A DNA stretch of 63,811 nucleotides, the filler included, from Olpidium bornovanus S191 (lineage: Eukaryota > Fungi > Olpidiomycota), in NCBI GenBank assembly GCA_017911155.1. It is 33 parts of 33 records of this genome, joined end to end, with 100 filler letters (N's around TTAATTAATTAA, not from the genome) between each part and the next. Parts side by side here need not be neighbours in the genome. Positions count along the whole stretch, not along the records: positions 1 to 1,623 come from JAEFCI010011687.1; positions 1,724 to 3,722 come from JAEFCI010005796.1; positions 3,823 to 5,571 come from JAEFCI010007681.1; positions 5,672 to 7,304 come from JAEFCI010000615.1; positions 7,405 to 9,661 come from JAEFCI010005898.1; positions 9,762 to 11,172 come from JAEFCI010000673.1; positions 11,273 to 12,892 come from JAEFCI010011529.1; 26 more parts are not named here. One strand, 5' to 3'. This document shows, one piece after another, positions 1 through 11,914 of the stretch. The position numbers and the translations under genes were made by a program. The notes under the pieces were generated by a model that did no database searches, was not told where the DNA came from, and saw only the letters and a list, made by a program, of their open reading frames with translations. Every line of letters starts with the position of its first letter. Within the stretch, counting starts at the first letter, position 1.

Positions 1-33
1 AAAAAAAAAAAGCCCCCAGCCCGCCCCCGCGAA

Positions 34-1623
34 ATGTCCCAGCAGCAGCCCGCCGCCGCCGCGCACCCCGCCGCGCCGCCCGCCTGGTGCCTGCGCAACC
101 CCCCGCCGCCGCTCAGGCCCGCCGCCGCCGCCGCCGCCGCCGTCCTGAAGGCGCCCGCGCTGCTGCGGAGGGCCGCGTCCGTGCCCTTCGCAACCATCTT
201 CACGTACGTCGTCGCGTTCAACGCCGCCACCGTCCTCTTCATGATGTCCTCCTGCCTCGTGCCGGCCGACCAGCGAGGCCGCGCGGGCGCCCCGCCCGCC
301 GGCCAGTACGCCCGCGGCCCTGACGACGAGGAGGCCGCGTCCTGGTGGAGCTCGATTTTCGCGCCCGGCTGCCGCGACCCGGCGAGGCTGCTCAAGAGCT
401 GGGACACGGGCGACGACGGAGACGACTCCGTCTTCGAGGAGGGCAGCTTCCCACTGGCGCCGCGCGGCGCCGCCGCCGCGGCCCGGCGGCAGGTCAGTTT
501 CCAGTGGCCCCCGCCGCAGGGGACCGGCGCGTCCCGCTTCCCCCACGCCGAGGCGGGAGCCCCCTCGATATCTTTCCCGGCCGTCGACTTAACCGGGCTG
601 CGGAGAAGCGCTTTCAGCACCCGGCCGGGCGACGTCGCGTTCGACGACGTCGTCGTCTCGAAGATCTTCCAGCGGGCCTTGCACCCGACCAGCATCACAC
701 CGTTCTTCGTCACCGGCGAGCGGACGCCGAACCCGGACGAGGTGACGATTTCAACCCATGCCACCATGGACCGCATAGAGGTGTTCATGGCGCTCGTCGC
801 GCGGAACCAAGGTGCGTGCGCCGCGCGCGCGCCCGATCGCTGAAATGCGGGTCGCAGATCGGACGGGAATTTTGTGTTGTGTTCGGTTCGCGCGAGAAAA
901 CCGGTCCGTTTCTCACGGCGCCGCGACGCCGAACGCTGGTGGGGTGTGGGGGACATCGCAGGGCCCATATCGTGCGCCCTGCACGTAAACGACGACGAGC
1001 ACGCGCACAGCGTGCTCGAGTTCGTCCGAGAAATGCGCGCGGCCAGCCCGCTGATGCGGCGGAACGTCGACGTGCACGTCGTGCGGGACTCGTACGAGCG
1101 CCAGTACAACCTCCTGCGAAACGTCGCGCGGCTCTTCGCCCGGACGGACTACTTCCTGCTCCTGGACGTCGACTTTTCCGTCCGCACCGACCTGCAGCGG
1201 GCGCTCGCGGACGCCCTGCGCGAGGGCAGCCCCCTGGCGGAGACGATGAGGTCCGGAGAGGCCGCCCTCGTCCTCCCGGCGTTCGAATACGCCGACCCCG
1301 CCGTCGAGCCCGCGCTGCCGGACCCCGTCACGCACGAGCCCGGGGTGCAGGACCTGATCGCCGCGGCGTCGTCGACGAGGTTCAACGGCACGAGCGTCAA
1401 GCTCGGCGTAGCCCCGCCGGTCATAGGCCGTGCCTGGAGGGCGGCCGCGCGCAGCGCCGCCCACTCGCCGGACACGTTCTTCCCGGTCACGAAGGAGGAC
1501 CTCATGAGCCAGATCGAAACGGGGCGGATCACAGTCTTCCACGCCAGGTGGCCGCGGGGCCATTATTCCACCGACTACCCGCGGTGGTACGAGTCCACCG
1601 CGCCTTACGTCGTCACCGAGTAC
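34..1623 (+). CDS. Glycosyltransferase family 49 (LARGE/B4GAT1-like), 3'-truncated
   Basis: Exons 34-811 and 962-1623 joined by a GTGCGT...CAG intron (812-961), giving ARNQG|PISCALHV. Has an N-terminal hydrophobic anchor (IFTYVVAFNAATVLFMM) and GT49-type motifs NLLRNVARLFARTDYFLLLDVDF (DxD) and ALVLPAFEY. Confidence 0.85.
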
Positions 1624-1723
1624 NNNNNNNNNNNNNNNNNNNNNNNNNNNNNNNNNNNNNNNNNNNNTTAATTAATTAANNNNNNNNNNNNNNNNNNNNN
1701 NNNNNNNNNNNNNNNNNNNNNNN
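1624..1723. other. Artificial contig spacer (44 N + TTAATTAATTAA + 44 N); first of 32 identical spacers
   Basis: The 12-mer gives stops in all six frames and recurs at 1668, 3767, 5616, 7349, 9706, 11217, 12937, 14125, 15625, 16895, 19192, 20691, 23476, 24988, 26392, 28868, 30150, 34372, 35690, 37782, 39788, 42188, 45062, 47094, 48600, 51002, 53000, 54467, 56960, 58385, 61216 and 62660. Confidence 0.99.
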
Positions 1724-2859
1724 CATGGCCGCTCCCCAGGTCTAGCACCTTTCGACCGCCCGACAAAGAGCCTCATCCCCCTCCACCGTCTTCGCTAAAC
1801 GGTTGTTTTATTTCCTCCCTTTTTTACATTTTCTCTTGTTTCGCGCTTTGTCTCATTTCTTCCCTGTTGCTTTTTTCTTTTTGCCATTTTTCCTTTTGTC
1901 CATACTGCATTTCGCGGCCCGACGCACGCTGTTTTGTGTTACGATTCTCTTTCCCGCGCAATTTTCCCTGACGCGCGAATATGTATGCATATGACTTGAT
2001 ATCTGCCCGTCGAGCGTTCGGTTTGTGCGGTGCGGTTGTGCACGCGCGTGTGCATGCGTGTGTGCGTGTGAATTCGAATTCGAATCGAAGTAACTCCCGT
2101 GTGAGATGACGACGACAACGACGACAACGACGACAACCCAAATGTTTGTTCTTACCTGAAGAACAGAGAGAAGACTGACTCTGACAGGTACCCGGTCCCC
2201 CGCTTCTCCAGCCCCTCCTCTTGCCCGCCCCCGCCCACTTCTAGGTCCTCCCCAGGGACCGCGAGTTCTTCAGCGAGAGATTCACGACGGGAAAATCATG
2301 ACAATTTAGGACGGTGACACCCCGGTGATGAATATGGCGGCAGCCTAAACAAAAAGGAAGAAGACGAAGAAAAGAAGATTTTGTCGGCTGACGCCAAAAT
2401 AAAAAATAAAGGTAAACAGTACGCTGGGGACCGTCCCAAAAAAAAAAAAAAAAAAAAAAAAATGATACGCCGGCATTTGTTTTTGTCTTGATCTTAAAAT
2501 AACAGATATAAATTTTGCGGCGAGTTTTACCGCAATTCCTGGCGCGAAGCCTGCCGTGAATTTGGCAAAGTCCGCCGGGAGTACTGCGCCGGGGAGTTTA
2601 AACCCCTGAACCTTTGGAGGGCTTTTGCCGGCCGCCGGCGGTTGGTTCCGAACACTGAATCTCCGGCTGTTTTGTGCTGTCAAAGGACATAGACCCGCGC
2701 ATCTCTGCCTTTGCCACACTCCCATTTGCGTTCGCATTTTGTAATCTGCCTTCCGGAGAATTTGGGGAAAGAAGAGGAAGGTTGCCGCCAGATTAAGCCC
2801 CCAATAATAAATGTTCTTTTTGGGCGTATTTTCTTGTCGAGCGGATTAAGTCGCGGAAC

Positions 2860-3435
2860 TGGTCTCCAGGACTCGCTGCAAAATCCCCCGGCAGGATGCA
2901 CAGAATCCGCGACTGGATCCTGCCGCAGGATACCCCGTAGAATTTTCGCAGCAACATTTCGTTAACGAGATTCGCAGCGGAACTCGCAGCAGAATTTGTC
3001 GCAGAATTTTGCGGCAAGATTTGCAGGACGATTTTTTGCAGAACACCCGCGATAAAATTTTACGGCAGAATTTACGATTGGATTTGCGGCGGAATTTGCG
3101 CCAGCGTTCACGGCAGAATTTACCGCAGAATTTGGAGCAGGAATTCGCCGCGGAAACGAGCGATGAATTCAAGGCAGGATTTGCTCCAGGGTTTTTGCCA
3201 CAGAATTCAAAGGCAGGATTTTCTGCAGGATTTATGCCGAGTTCGATGCAAGAAGCGCGACAGGATTCTCAGCAGAATTCGGAGCCATCGCAGAATTTGC
3301 AGCGCAGTGTCCACCACAGGATTCGTGGCAGGATTTGAGGCCGAATTTGCCTCCGAGTTTGCGGACGGATTCGCGACAGTATTCACCGAAGGTTTTGCAG
3401 CAGGATTTGGCAGAATTCACCAACAGGGTTTGCGG
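2860..3435 (+). repeat. Degenerate tandem repeat with 12-nt period (consensus nnnnGCAGAATT / GCAGGATT)
   Basis: Visible phasing such as CACGGCAGAATT TACCGCAGAATT, CGTGGCAGGATT TGAGGCCGAATT TGCCTCCGAGTT TGCGGACGGATT CGCGACAGTATT. Confidence 0.75.
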
Positions 3436-3823
3436 CTAACGAGCCCAGGTTCGCAGAGAACCTCGCGCGGCGAGAGGTGACACGCGGCGCCAGCTCCAAG
3501 GGAGCAGCGAACCTTTGAGACGGAAACGAGCCAAATGCCCCACAGCATGGCGCACCAAGGACAATGGTCACGTGACCGGCGTTGCCACCCCGCTCAACGG
3601 CCATGCAAAACAACACTCGCCTTCAAAGGAAAGCAGCTAAACGCGAAAAACTTCGCGCGCACCCCCGCTCGCCCCTCTCGGAAACACTTCCCCAATTTTC
3701 CCCGCGGCAATGTCGACCAGCGNNNNNNNNNNNNNNNNNNNNNNNNNNNNNNNNNNNNNNNNNNNNTTAATTAATTAANNNNNNNNNNNNNNNNNNNNNN
3801 NNNNNNNNNNNNNNNNNNNNNNC

Positions 3824-4780
3824 ATGCGTCCCGCCGCTGCTGTCGGCGGCCGGGCCGCCGTCTCCGCCTTTCGGATCGCGAAGCACTTCGCGGCGGCGCG
3901 GCCAATCGCGCGTGCCTCATACTCCATCGACACCCTGTCCGGGTAAGAAAAAGAAGAAAAAAAAAGAAAAAAAGAATAAAAGAAAAAGAGTGAAAAGAAA
4001 AACACCGGGCGCACCCCGCGTTGGTCTTTCTTACGAGTTCCGAGATATCTTCGCTTTTTTGCTGCGCGCGCAATCTCCGCAACGGCCGCGCCGCAGAGTA
4101 GAGCTCACCTTCCTTTCCCCGTTTTTTTCCCCCGACTTTTCCGCGCGCTCCGACTTCTCGGCGCGACACCCGCGGTCGGTTTCAAAGCAAGGACCCGGAC
4201 AGGGTGGAAACCTCCCTGCACGAAAAGGAGCGGTCTCTTCGAGGTTTGCTGATGAACCTTTGGCGGGAATGGGGTGTGGCGTTGCTGCGCGTCGATGAAT
4301 GTTTGTCCGAGCCCAACGTTCGGTTACTTCCTCTCTCTTCCCCCTCCACCCCGCCGTTTGCCTCTCGTCGGACGGCCTTAGGAAGAATAAAAGGATACCC
4401 GTACGCCCCACCTGGGTGGAACGAGAAACTCGCCACCGCTGCCGAAGCCAACGTGCGTTTAGTGATCCCGCTAGCCTTTTTTTTCTCCTGCCTCGGCAAG
4501 AAAAAAAAAAACGAAAAATGTCAATCTGCGGGTGTCTCTCTCTTTCTTCTCTCACTCTGTCTCTCTTTATCTCTTTCTCTCTCTCTTTTTCTCTCTTTCT
4601 GTTTTTCTTCCCTCTCTGATCACGCGACCCTGCCCCAGATAGGTTAAGGCCGACAGGATGCCGGACGTCCCCCTTGACGTGCTCCAACGGAAGACGGTCG
4701 AAATGCTGTGGTCCCAGGAATATCACTGCGACGATGAGTGCGCGTTTCCGACCGCCGGCAATGAACGCGGCTACGGCTAG
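3824..4780 (+). CDS. Small conserved fungal protein of unknown function, probably mitochondrial (127 aa, 4 exons)
   Basis: Exons 3824-3942, 4188-4243, 4382-4452 and 4643-4780, all GT-AG and phase-compatible. Product: MRPAAAVGGRAAVSAFRIAKHFAAARPIARASYSIDTLSGKDPDRVETSLHEKERSLRGRIKGYPYAPPGWNEKLATAAEANVKADRMPDVPLDVLQRKTVEMLWSQEYHCDDECAFPTAGNERGYG*. The N-terminus is Arg/Ala-rich. I recall the PGWNExLAxxxEAxVKADR motif from small fungal proteins. Confidence 0.75.
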
Positions 4781-5281
4781 GATGGCGGTGGTGTGACGGA
4801 GCGAGTCGGTCACCAAAATATTGTCTGAGCGGGCCCGCGACAAGGTGCCTCGCTTGTGAAAGGGCGCGTTGGAGGAAAGTGCGAATTAGAGGAAAGGGCG
4901 ACTTGTTCCCAGACGGCGCAGAGAGCGACTTTTTTTTTGTTTTGATAAGCGGAAGGAGGTGGGAAGACCAGTCCTGTGCGCCTTCTCCCGATTTTTTTTT
5001 CAAGAAGGAGAGCGTTTTGTTTTCGAGTCGTCCTTCTTTTGTTGCTGAGGATAATTAGTCCTAGCCACTTTTTGCCGTCGAAATGTTCGCCTGTTTTTGC
5101 CGTAGAAAAGAACGTTCGGCAGAAAATTCAAAAGAAAAGTGCTTCCCGGAATTATACCGTCTTCGGCTTTTTTTGTGTTCGTCATTTCCGAAATTGCCGT
5201 CCTCAAAACGAGGGACGATTAGAACCTCTTTCCTTGCTTTCAGGCCGCCAGAAAGTTTTGACTGCCGCCGGATGTCTCCCG

Positions 5282-5432
5282 GGGGCGTGCGCAAACTTTG
5301 ACCAACGTTTTGACAATGTTTTAGCAGGTGCACAGAAGTGCGTCAAAGACGAGAAAAGGGGCGTGCGCAAACTTTGACCAACGTTTTGACGTTTTAGCAG
5401 GTGCACAGAAGTGCGTCAAAGACGAGAAAAGG
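5282..5432. repeat. Tandem duplication, 76-nt unit, two copies
   Basis: GCGTGCGCAAACTTTGACCAACGTTTTGAC...GACGAGAAAAGG starts at 5285 and 5361; the second copy lacks AAT. Confidence 0.9.
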
Positions 5433-5671
5433 AGGGAATTATCACATTCCGCGAGGGAAAAAGACTAGTTACTCATTTGGGGGGCGTAGTCTATACCCCA
5501 CGAATGCAGACTGTCGTGTAAAGTTGGCAAACCGGGGACTTGCGGGAGAAATGCCGGCCACCGAACACATGNNNNNNNNNNNNNNNNNNNNNNNNNNNNN
5601 NNNNNNNNNNNNNNNTTAATTAATTAANNNNNNNNNNNNNNNNNNNNNNNNNNNNNNNNNNNNNNNNNNNN

Positions 5672-6797
5672 CATGTCCACGCCGCTGAGCTCGGTGCTCT
5701 TCGTTGGGATGCTGGCGTGCATACCCGTTTGGGCGACCGTGATCTGCCGCAACGAGTACGCCAGGCGCCTGATCGGCGCGGGGTGGATACCCATATTTTT
5801 TGCGATGGTGATATCCAGGTAAAACTACTCTTCCAAGTCGTTCGGCAGCGTGTCGCGTACCGAAATTCGGACGGGATTGACTCCGAGGTCGTTTTGCCCC
5901 GCAAGCGCGTCGGGCTTGATACTCGAAAAATTTATTGCGGCTGACGTGGGAATGGCCCTGCTTGCCCCGGTATTCAACGGTAGGCGGTTGGCGTCTCAAC
6001 AAAGCCGCCCTCTTCCGCCCCCTTCCCCCCCACCCCACCAACCCACCCCGCTCGTGATCCCACGCGATTCTGCCCGACGCAGTTTTTTCTCATTATTCAT
6101 ATGGGTTTTACCTCCTGCTTATAGGGATCGGCGGCAATATCGGCTCCATCTTCGCTTCGCGGATCTCGTCGGCGCTGCACGCAGGGTCCGAGGAAGCGTA
6201 CGGCGATGCGCGCAACATGCTCTTTATGCTCAGCGTCCCAAATCACGCCGGCTTTCTGCTTGTGACCCACCTGCTGGGAATCGGCCACGTGCACGTGGAC
6301 CTGTCCTTCTTTGCGCTCTACATGGCCGCGAGCCTTGTCCTCAGCGCCATCATGCTCTTTCTGGCCGAGCGGATGACCCTCGCGTTCTGGCGCAGGGGTT
6401 GCGACCCGGACAACTGCGTGCTGCCGCTTCTGTGAGTTGGGGCCCAGGCAGGCTTCGTTTTCGCCTTTCTTTTTTTTTTTTTTTTTTTCTCTCTTCTTCT
6501 CCGTGCGGGGGTTTTTCCCCCCTACCGTTGCTGCCGCACCGCATTCTTCTCCTGCAGTTTTCCTCTCCTGCAGTTTTTTTTTTCGAGCTCTGTTTGCAAA
6601 AACCGGCTCTCTGCGCTCTTCTCACCCCGATTGTTCTTCCTCCCTGGATTGTCGTCAGGACTGCACTCGGCGACGTCTTCGGCACGGCGCTCCTGGTCAT
6701 TGTCTTCGCAGTCTACAAGCTGATCGACTCCGCCGGCGGTGAGCCGACGACACCGGCTGTTCCCCCAACTCTGAGAGTCCGTGCTCTTTGGATCTAG
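5672..6797 (+). CDS. SLC41/MgtE-family divalent cation (Mg2+) transporter, C-terminal part, 5'-truncated
   Basis: Exons 5672-5818, 5906-5979, 6125-6431 and 6659-6797. They splice to ISSASGLILEK...LLAPVFNGIGGNIGSIFASRISSALH and DPDNCVLPLLTALGDVFGT, the SLC41 PxxNGxGGN and DPDN...TALGD motifs. Confidence 0.88.
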
Positions 6798-7238
6798 GTG
6801 CAATTCGACCGCCATCTGGGGTATTGCCGAAACAGCTAGCTGCACTGTCCAATGATTTTTCGTACCTAGCCCACTCCGCTAGAACCCTGCATAGACAAAC
6901 TTTCACCCTCGCGTCCTGCTTTAAGCAGGCAGTATTAAGCCAAATCTGCTTATTCCATACTCAACAGATCACCTCATTTTTTTTTTCCTCCACAGCGCAG
7001 TGGATACAAATAAATATAAATTATATATATATATATATACCCAACCACACTACCAGCAATCATCACCATAGCGGAGATGTCAACCGTTTTGGTTCCGCCG
7101 TTCCGGACTCAAGTTCGCACAGTCGACTTCCGCGGTGGCTCCGGGAGAGTTCCCGGGACGGTACGCATCGGTGTTCGTCCTCGGCACTTTGTATTCGTGG
7201 TTTGGCGAGCTGTGGTGTACTGTGCCCACTGCAGACAT

Positions 7239-7281
<43 letters not shown>

Positions 7282-7915
7282 CCAACGGGCCCCGGGGCCC
7301 CAAANNNNNNNNNNNNNNNNNNNNNNNNNNNNNNNNNNNNNNNNNNNNTTAATTAATTAANNNNNNNNNNNNNNNNNNNNNNNNNNNNNNNNNNNNNNNN
7401 NNNNACATGGGCATATTGCGCATATTACAAAGGCCTCAGAGCCAAGCAAAAACCAAACGTCGTATTCTAAGGCGCGTGACGGTACCTGGGTTCCCTTCTC
7501 AAAGATCTCCTGCAAGAACTGTGGCAAAAAAAAGGAACACTTTGCCGCGAAGTGCAAAACCAAAGAGAAAAACGAAGGGTAAACAGGAGAGGTGTCAAGA
7601 AACTTCACGCAGACTAATTGTATCAAAACTTCGCCGGCTCCTCCTCCAGAAAGCAGCACTTCGATGATCACGTGACCCTGTGAGCGCACCGTACGGTTCA
7701 CAGCAAATAGTAAAGGGGGGGCTGCAGGCGAGCCCCACACAAAGCAGGCCGCACAGCCATGTGGCGGGCGCTGTTTCCGAATGCAGAAGAAACGCTTCCT
7801 CTGCTCCTCATCTCGCCTCGCCGCGTCCTCTTCGGGTTGCCGCCTCTGAGCTCCCGACGACCTGCCTGACCGCCGCCGCGCTGCGAGCCGCTTACCAGGG
7901 CGCACAGAGGCGCCT

Positions 7916-9661
7916 ATGGCACGACCCGCTGCTTCCGCTGCCCTGCGCCCGGGGCCCGCGCAGATGCGGAGAGCGGCCGCCGCCGCCCGAGAGGAACGCC
8001 CGTCGAACGAAGAGAAGCAGACGGGCGACCGGCCGTTGACGGCTCAGGCGTCGGAGATCCTGAGCTCGTCCGTGACCGGCGCGTCGTACCTCGTGTCGCT
8101 GCAGCTGTTCACGAGGATGACCACGTTTGCCCTCAACCAGCTGCTTCTCCGATACGTCACGCCGACAACGCTGGGGATCGCCTCCGTGCAGCTGGAGTTA
8201 CTGCTCAACACCATCCTCTTCCTCTCGCGGGAGGGGTTCCGCTGCGCCCTTTTGCGTGGCGCCACGCCGGACGATAGCGACCGCGGTACAGGCACGCAGG
8301 ACAGCGACGTCCGTCGTCGGAAGGATTGGACGTGCCCGCCGTCTGCGGTCGATGGCAGCACGCAGTTCGGCGCGGTGCAGAAGATCGTGAACGTGGGAGT
8401 TATTCCGCTGGTTCTTGCCGTCTTCGTGACTACTGGAGTGTGTGCTCATTATCTTAGAGCTCCTCCAGACGCCGGTAACGGCGCGCCGCCGCCGCACTAC
8501 GCCAGCAGCGTTATCCTTTACGGACTGGCGTCCCTGATCGAGATCGCTTCCGAGCCGCTCTACGTGCTCGCCCAGCTCGGCCTTTTTTTCCGGGCCAGGG
8601 TGGCGATCGAGGCCGGCTCCGTTATCGTTCGGTGCATCGTCACCCTCGGACTCACCCTTGTCGGCGCCGGCAGGACGGGGACCGACGCGGACGCCGAAAA
8701 CGTGTACGGCGTGCTGTCCTTCGCCGTCGCCCAATTCCTCGTTGCTTTGGTCGTCACAGGAGGATATGTGTTTTTCTGGATAAAACGCATCAGCCCCCGT
8801 CAGTCTAAACCAGCACTAACGGCGGCCGACGTTGGGCCGGCCGATCCAGATTGTGTAAGGGGGCTGCTCCCTCGGTCTATTTGGAGACCCCACACACGGT
8901 ACGTCACTCTCGTCCAAGACTTGGCCCGGTTGCCATCACGAGGTTCACGTATCCGTCATCATTCCTTGCGCAGCACCACGTACTATTTCGATCGTCAACT
9001 TGTGGCTTTAGGCTCCACGCTCACGACGCAGTCATTCTTAAAACATATGCTTAACGAAGGGGATAAGATAATGATTACGGCATTCTGCTCGACGCACGAC
9101 CAAGGAGTGTACGCGTTTGTCGTCAACTATGGTGCGCCTCTATATGCTGGCCATTTCACAGCGACGTATTATTGGACGAACGGTCCACCATGGTTAAGAC
9201 CCACCGGTCGGTTTTACTGTCCGCCTCGCGCTTTTCCAGGCTCCCTCGTCGTTCGAATCCTATTTCAGCCATTGGAGGAGACTGGGCGCATGATGTTCAG
9301 TAAACTGTTAGGTCCGTTGCAGCAGCCCTCGCTATCGCTTCCGCCGGCGAGCGAACCGCCGAAACCGCGATCTCTCTCTTCCCAGGAAGCGCAGCTGGTC
9401 ATTACAGCCGCCCGGCTCCTCGCGAACTCGATGAAGTTCCACATCATTCTGGGCCTGGCCTTTGTTGGACTGGCAACGAACCATACTGGCGCGCTGATTG
9501 ATTTGCTGGTTGGCCCTAAATGGTCGCGCGAGACGGACGCCCCGGCGACACTGGCAGCGTACTGCTTGTACGTGCCGCTTATGGGCGTCAACGGGATCGC
9601 CGAAGCCTTTGTGCAGGCCGTCGCCTCCGAGCGGGAGCTGACTCGCTGGAGCCGGGCCATG
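7916..9661 (+). CDS. RFT1: Man5GlcNAc2-PP-dolichol translocation protein Rft1, 3'-truncated
   Basis: Motifs LQLFTRMTTFALNQLLLR, QLELLLNTILFLSREGFRCALLR, QSFLKHMLNEGDK, VVNYG|SLVVRILFQPLEE and LYVPLMGVNGIAEAF. Likely in-frame introns at 8899-8973 and 9132-9239. The start could be 7916 or a downstream ATG. Confidence 0.93.
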
Positions 9662-11871
9662 NNNNNNNNNNNNNNNNNNNNNNNNNNNNNNNNNNNNNNN
9701 NNNNNTTAATTAATTAANNNNNNNNNNNNNNNNNNNNNNNNNNNNNNNNNNNNNNNNNNNNCCCCCCCCCTTACCCTTCACCCGCCTTTCTCCCCTCCTT
9801 CCCTCTTAACTCGCGAATACATATAACCTGTCCAAACTGAGAGTAACCCCCCCCCCGCGATGCCTTCGGCGCCCTGCGATAGATATGTATCACGGGCTGC
9901 CAGGCGGGATAAGTCGCAAACCGCGGAATGTTCTTTTGGGAAATCTCTGCGTCAAGGCCTAGGTGTCAGGCGGCAGTTGGAATCGGGCCGTCACTGGTGT
10001 GCGCTGCATGTCTCGTGATTGGCAAGTGCTGAAACGAAAACGGTTGTTCTCCGCTCAGGTTTCGCAAGCGGGCCCCGGGGTGCGTGCGTTGCGCCGGTCG
10101 ACGGGAGTTCGTTTGATGCCGGCGGTCCGGCCTGACGCGCGCGGGGGGGGGGGGGGGGGGGGGGTTTCGGTTGCGGTCCGCGATAACGCGGAGAAACTTC
10201 GCTTTGAGAGAATAATCTGCGACCCCGAAAACCAAAAATCTTCGGGGGGAAAAAAAAAACCCCCCAAAATATTTCGGTCGTTTGCGCCCGGGGACGCACC
10301 CCCGAAATTTCCGAACTGTTCCGAGAGTTCTACACGAGGGTCCGTCGGCGACACGGGCCGTCCTGTTCCGGTCGGCGGCGCGGTTTCGTTGTGTGCGGCA
10401 GAGTCGGGAGCCGTTCTGTCGGCAATTTTTTTTTTTTTTTGACTCGCGTGATCGGCAAACGCGGGCGGCCCGAGCAAAAACAAAACGGCGCGGGACCCAA
10501 CCCGGTTTGAGAGGTGGACAGCGGGAGCCCGGGCGAAGGGCGCGGCGGGCTTCGAAGGGCGGGGGAGACTCCCGCTGCCGGGGCGGGTGTGCCCTGCAGC
10601 TTGCCTGCGGTCGGCGTCCGAAGCGAGGCAGCAAACGCGAGGCGTCGGCGGAACTGCCGCGCTGCCGCTACCCACAGGAAATAAAAAAAAAAAAAAAAAA
10701 AAAATAATTGTGCGACGCATTCGCCCCCTTCCTCCCCAGGGGCTCTCTCGCACTAACCGCCAACCAGGAGAGACGCGCGCGCTCCGCGAAAGGAAACCGC
10801 CCGGGCCCGTCGGCGTCTCCAGCCGGGCTCACTGACCCGAGTTGTGCCAGGCCCGCTGGGAACCCCTGTGCGCCGGCGCAACCTCTCCTCGGCGCTGGCA
10901 CAGGGGACGCGTCTCGGGACCCGACTGTCATCCCGGCCGCTGCGTCGGGCGCTCCTCGTTCTTGCGACCTCGCCGTCGTGAGAAAAGCCGGGCGAAACGG
11001 GAGACCGGGGGAAGAGCGGAAGGGGGGGGGGGGGTAAATGCTGAAACGAGAGTGCTGAAACGAGACCTGAAACAAAGGGGTTCAGGGGGGAGATAATGCA
11101 CTGCGCCCACCCGGGTTTTCCCCTGAAATCCTCTCTATAAAGTAGGGTAGATTCCCGGAATAGAGCAGCTCCNNNNNNNNNNNNNNNNNNNNNNNNNNNN
11201 NNNNNNNNNNNNNNNNTTAATTAATTAANNNNNNNNNNNNNNNNNNNNNNNNNNNNNNNNNNNNNNNNNNNNGCATGGAAAGAAAAAAGTTGCCGCGGGC
11301 AAAGGCAAGATGAGCAAGAGCGGCATTTGATTCGCCCCGCCGTTTTTCTTTGTTCACGGCCGTTCATACTGTAGCCCTGACGTTTGCGGAAATCATATAG
11401 AGATGGCATTAATATAGTAGGAGCCGCATTGCGTTGCTCGAAATAGGCGGGCCCGCCGAGGCGTGTGCACTTTGCGTCGTCGTTGCCTAAGGAATGACGA
11501 GCCCGAGCACTAAGCTCGTTACGCAAACAACAACAGAAGGGTGATGAGGCCAAACAACTTTCCCTGTGTGCGTTACGCGCGGGTCACGAGGGAGCGTTCG
11601 AGAGTGAGCAAAGCGACAAAGCGGCCGATCGTCCCGTCCCTACAACTAACAAGCGTGTTGAAGTTGCGACGGTCGCCAAACCTTTCTGATTGACCGCGCC
11701 ATTCTGGCTGCCGCGGAAACCTTCTTCTCCGCTTTCTCGATTTCCATTTCGGAAAATTCCACTTTCACAGCTATCGTCTGGAGCTTTTCTTCGTTTTGGG
11801 ACCCGGCCGTGCGCATCTGCTTTAATAAATGAAAGTTTTTTTTTTGCTGAGCAGGGACGGGGGAGCGTGAA

Positions 11872-11914
<43 letters not shown>

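Noticed and set aside
345-1679. Long Arg/Gly-rich ORFs such as 345-1679, 57212-58396, 21772-22863 and 43972-44655
   Set aside because: They are off-frame or antisense shadows of GC-rich real genes or TE relics.
9762-11172. tRNA, rRNA or ribozyme in the gene-free GC-rich contig
   Set aside because: No cloverleaf, conserved rRNA segment or complete hammerhead core could be identified by eye; the repeated CTGAAACGA is too short to support a call.
11273-11329. Possible C-terminal fragment HGKKKVAAGKGKMSKSGI*
   Set aside because: Too short to assign or support.
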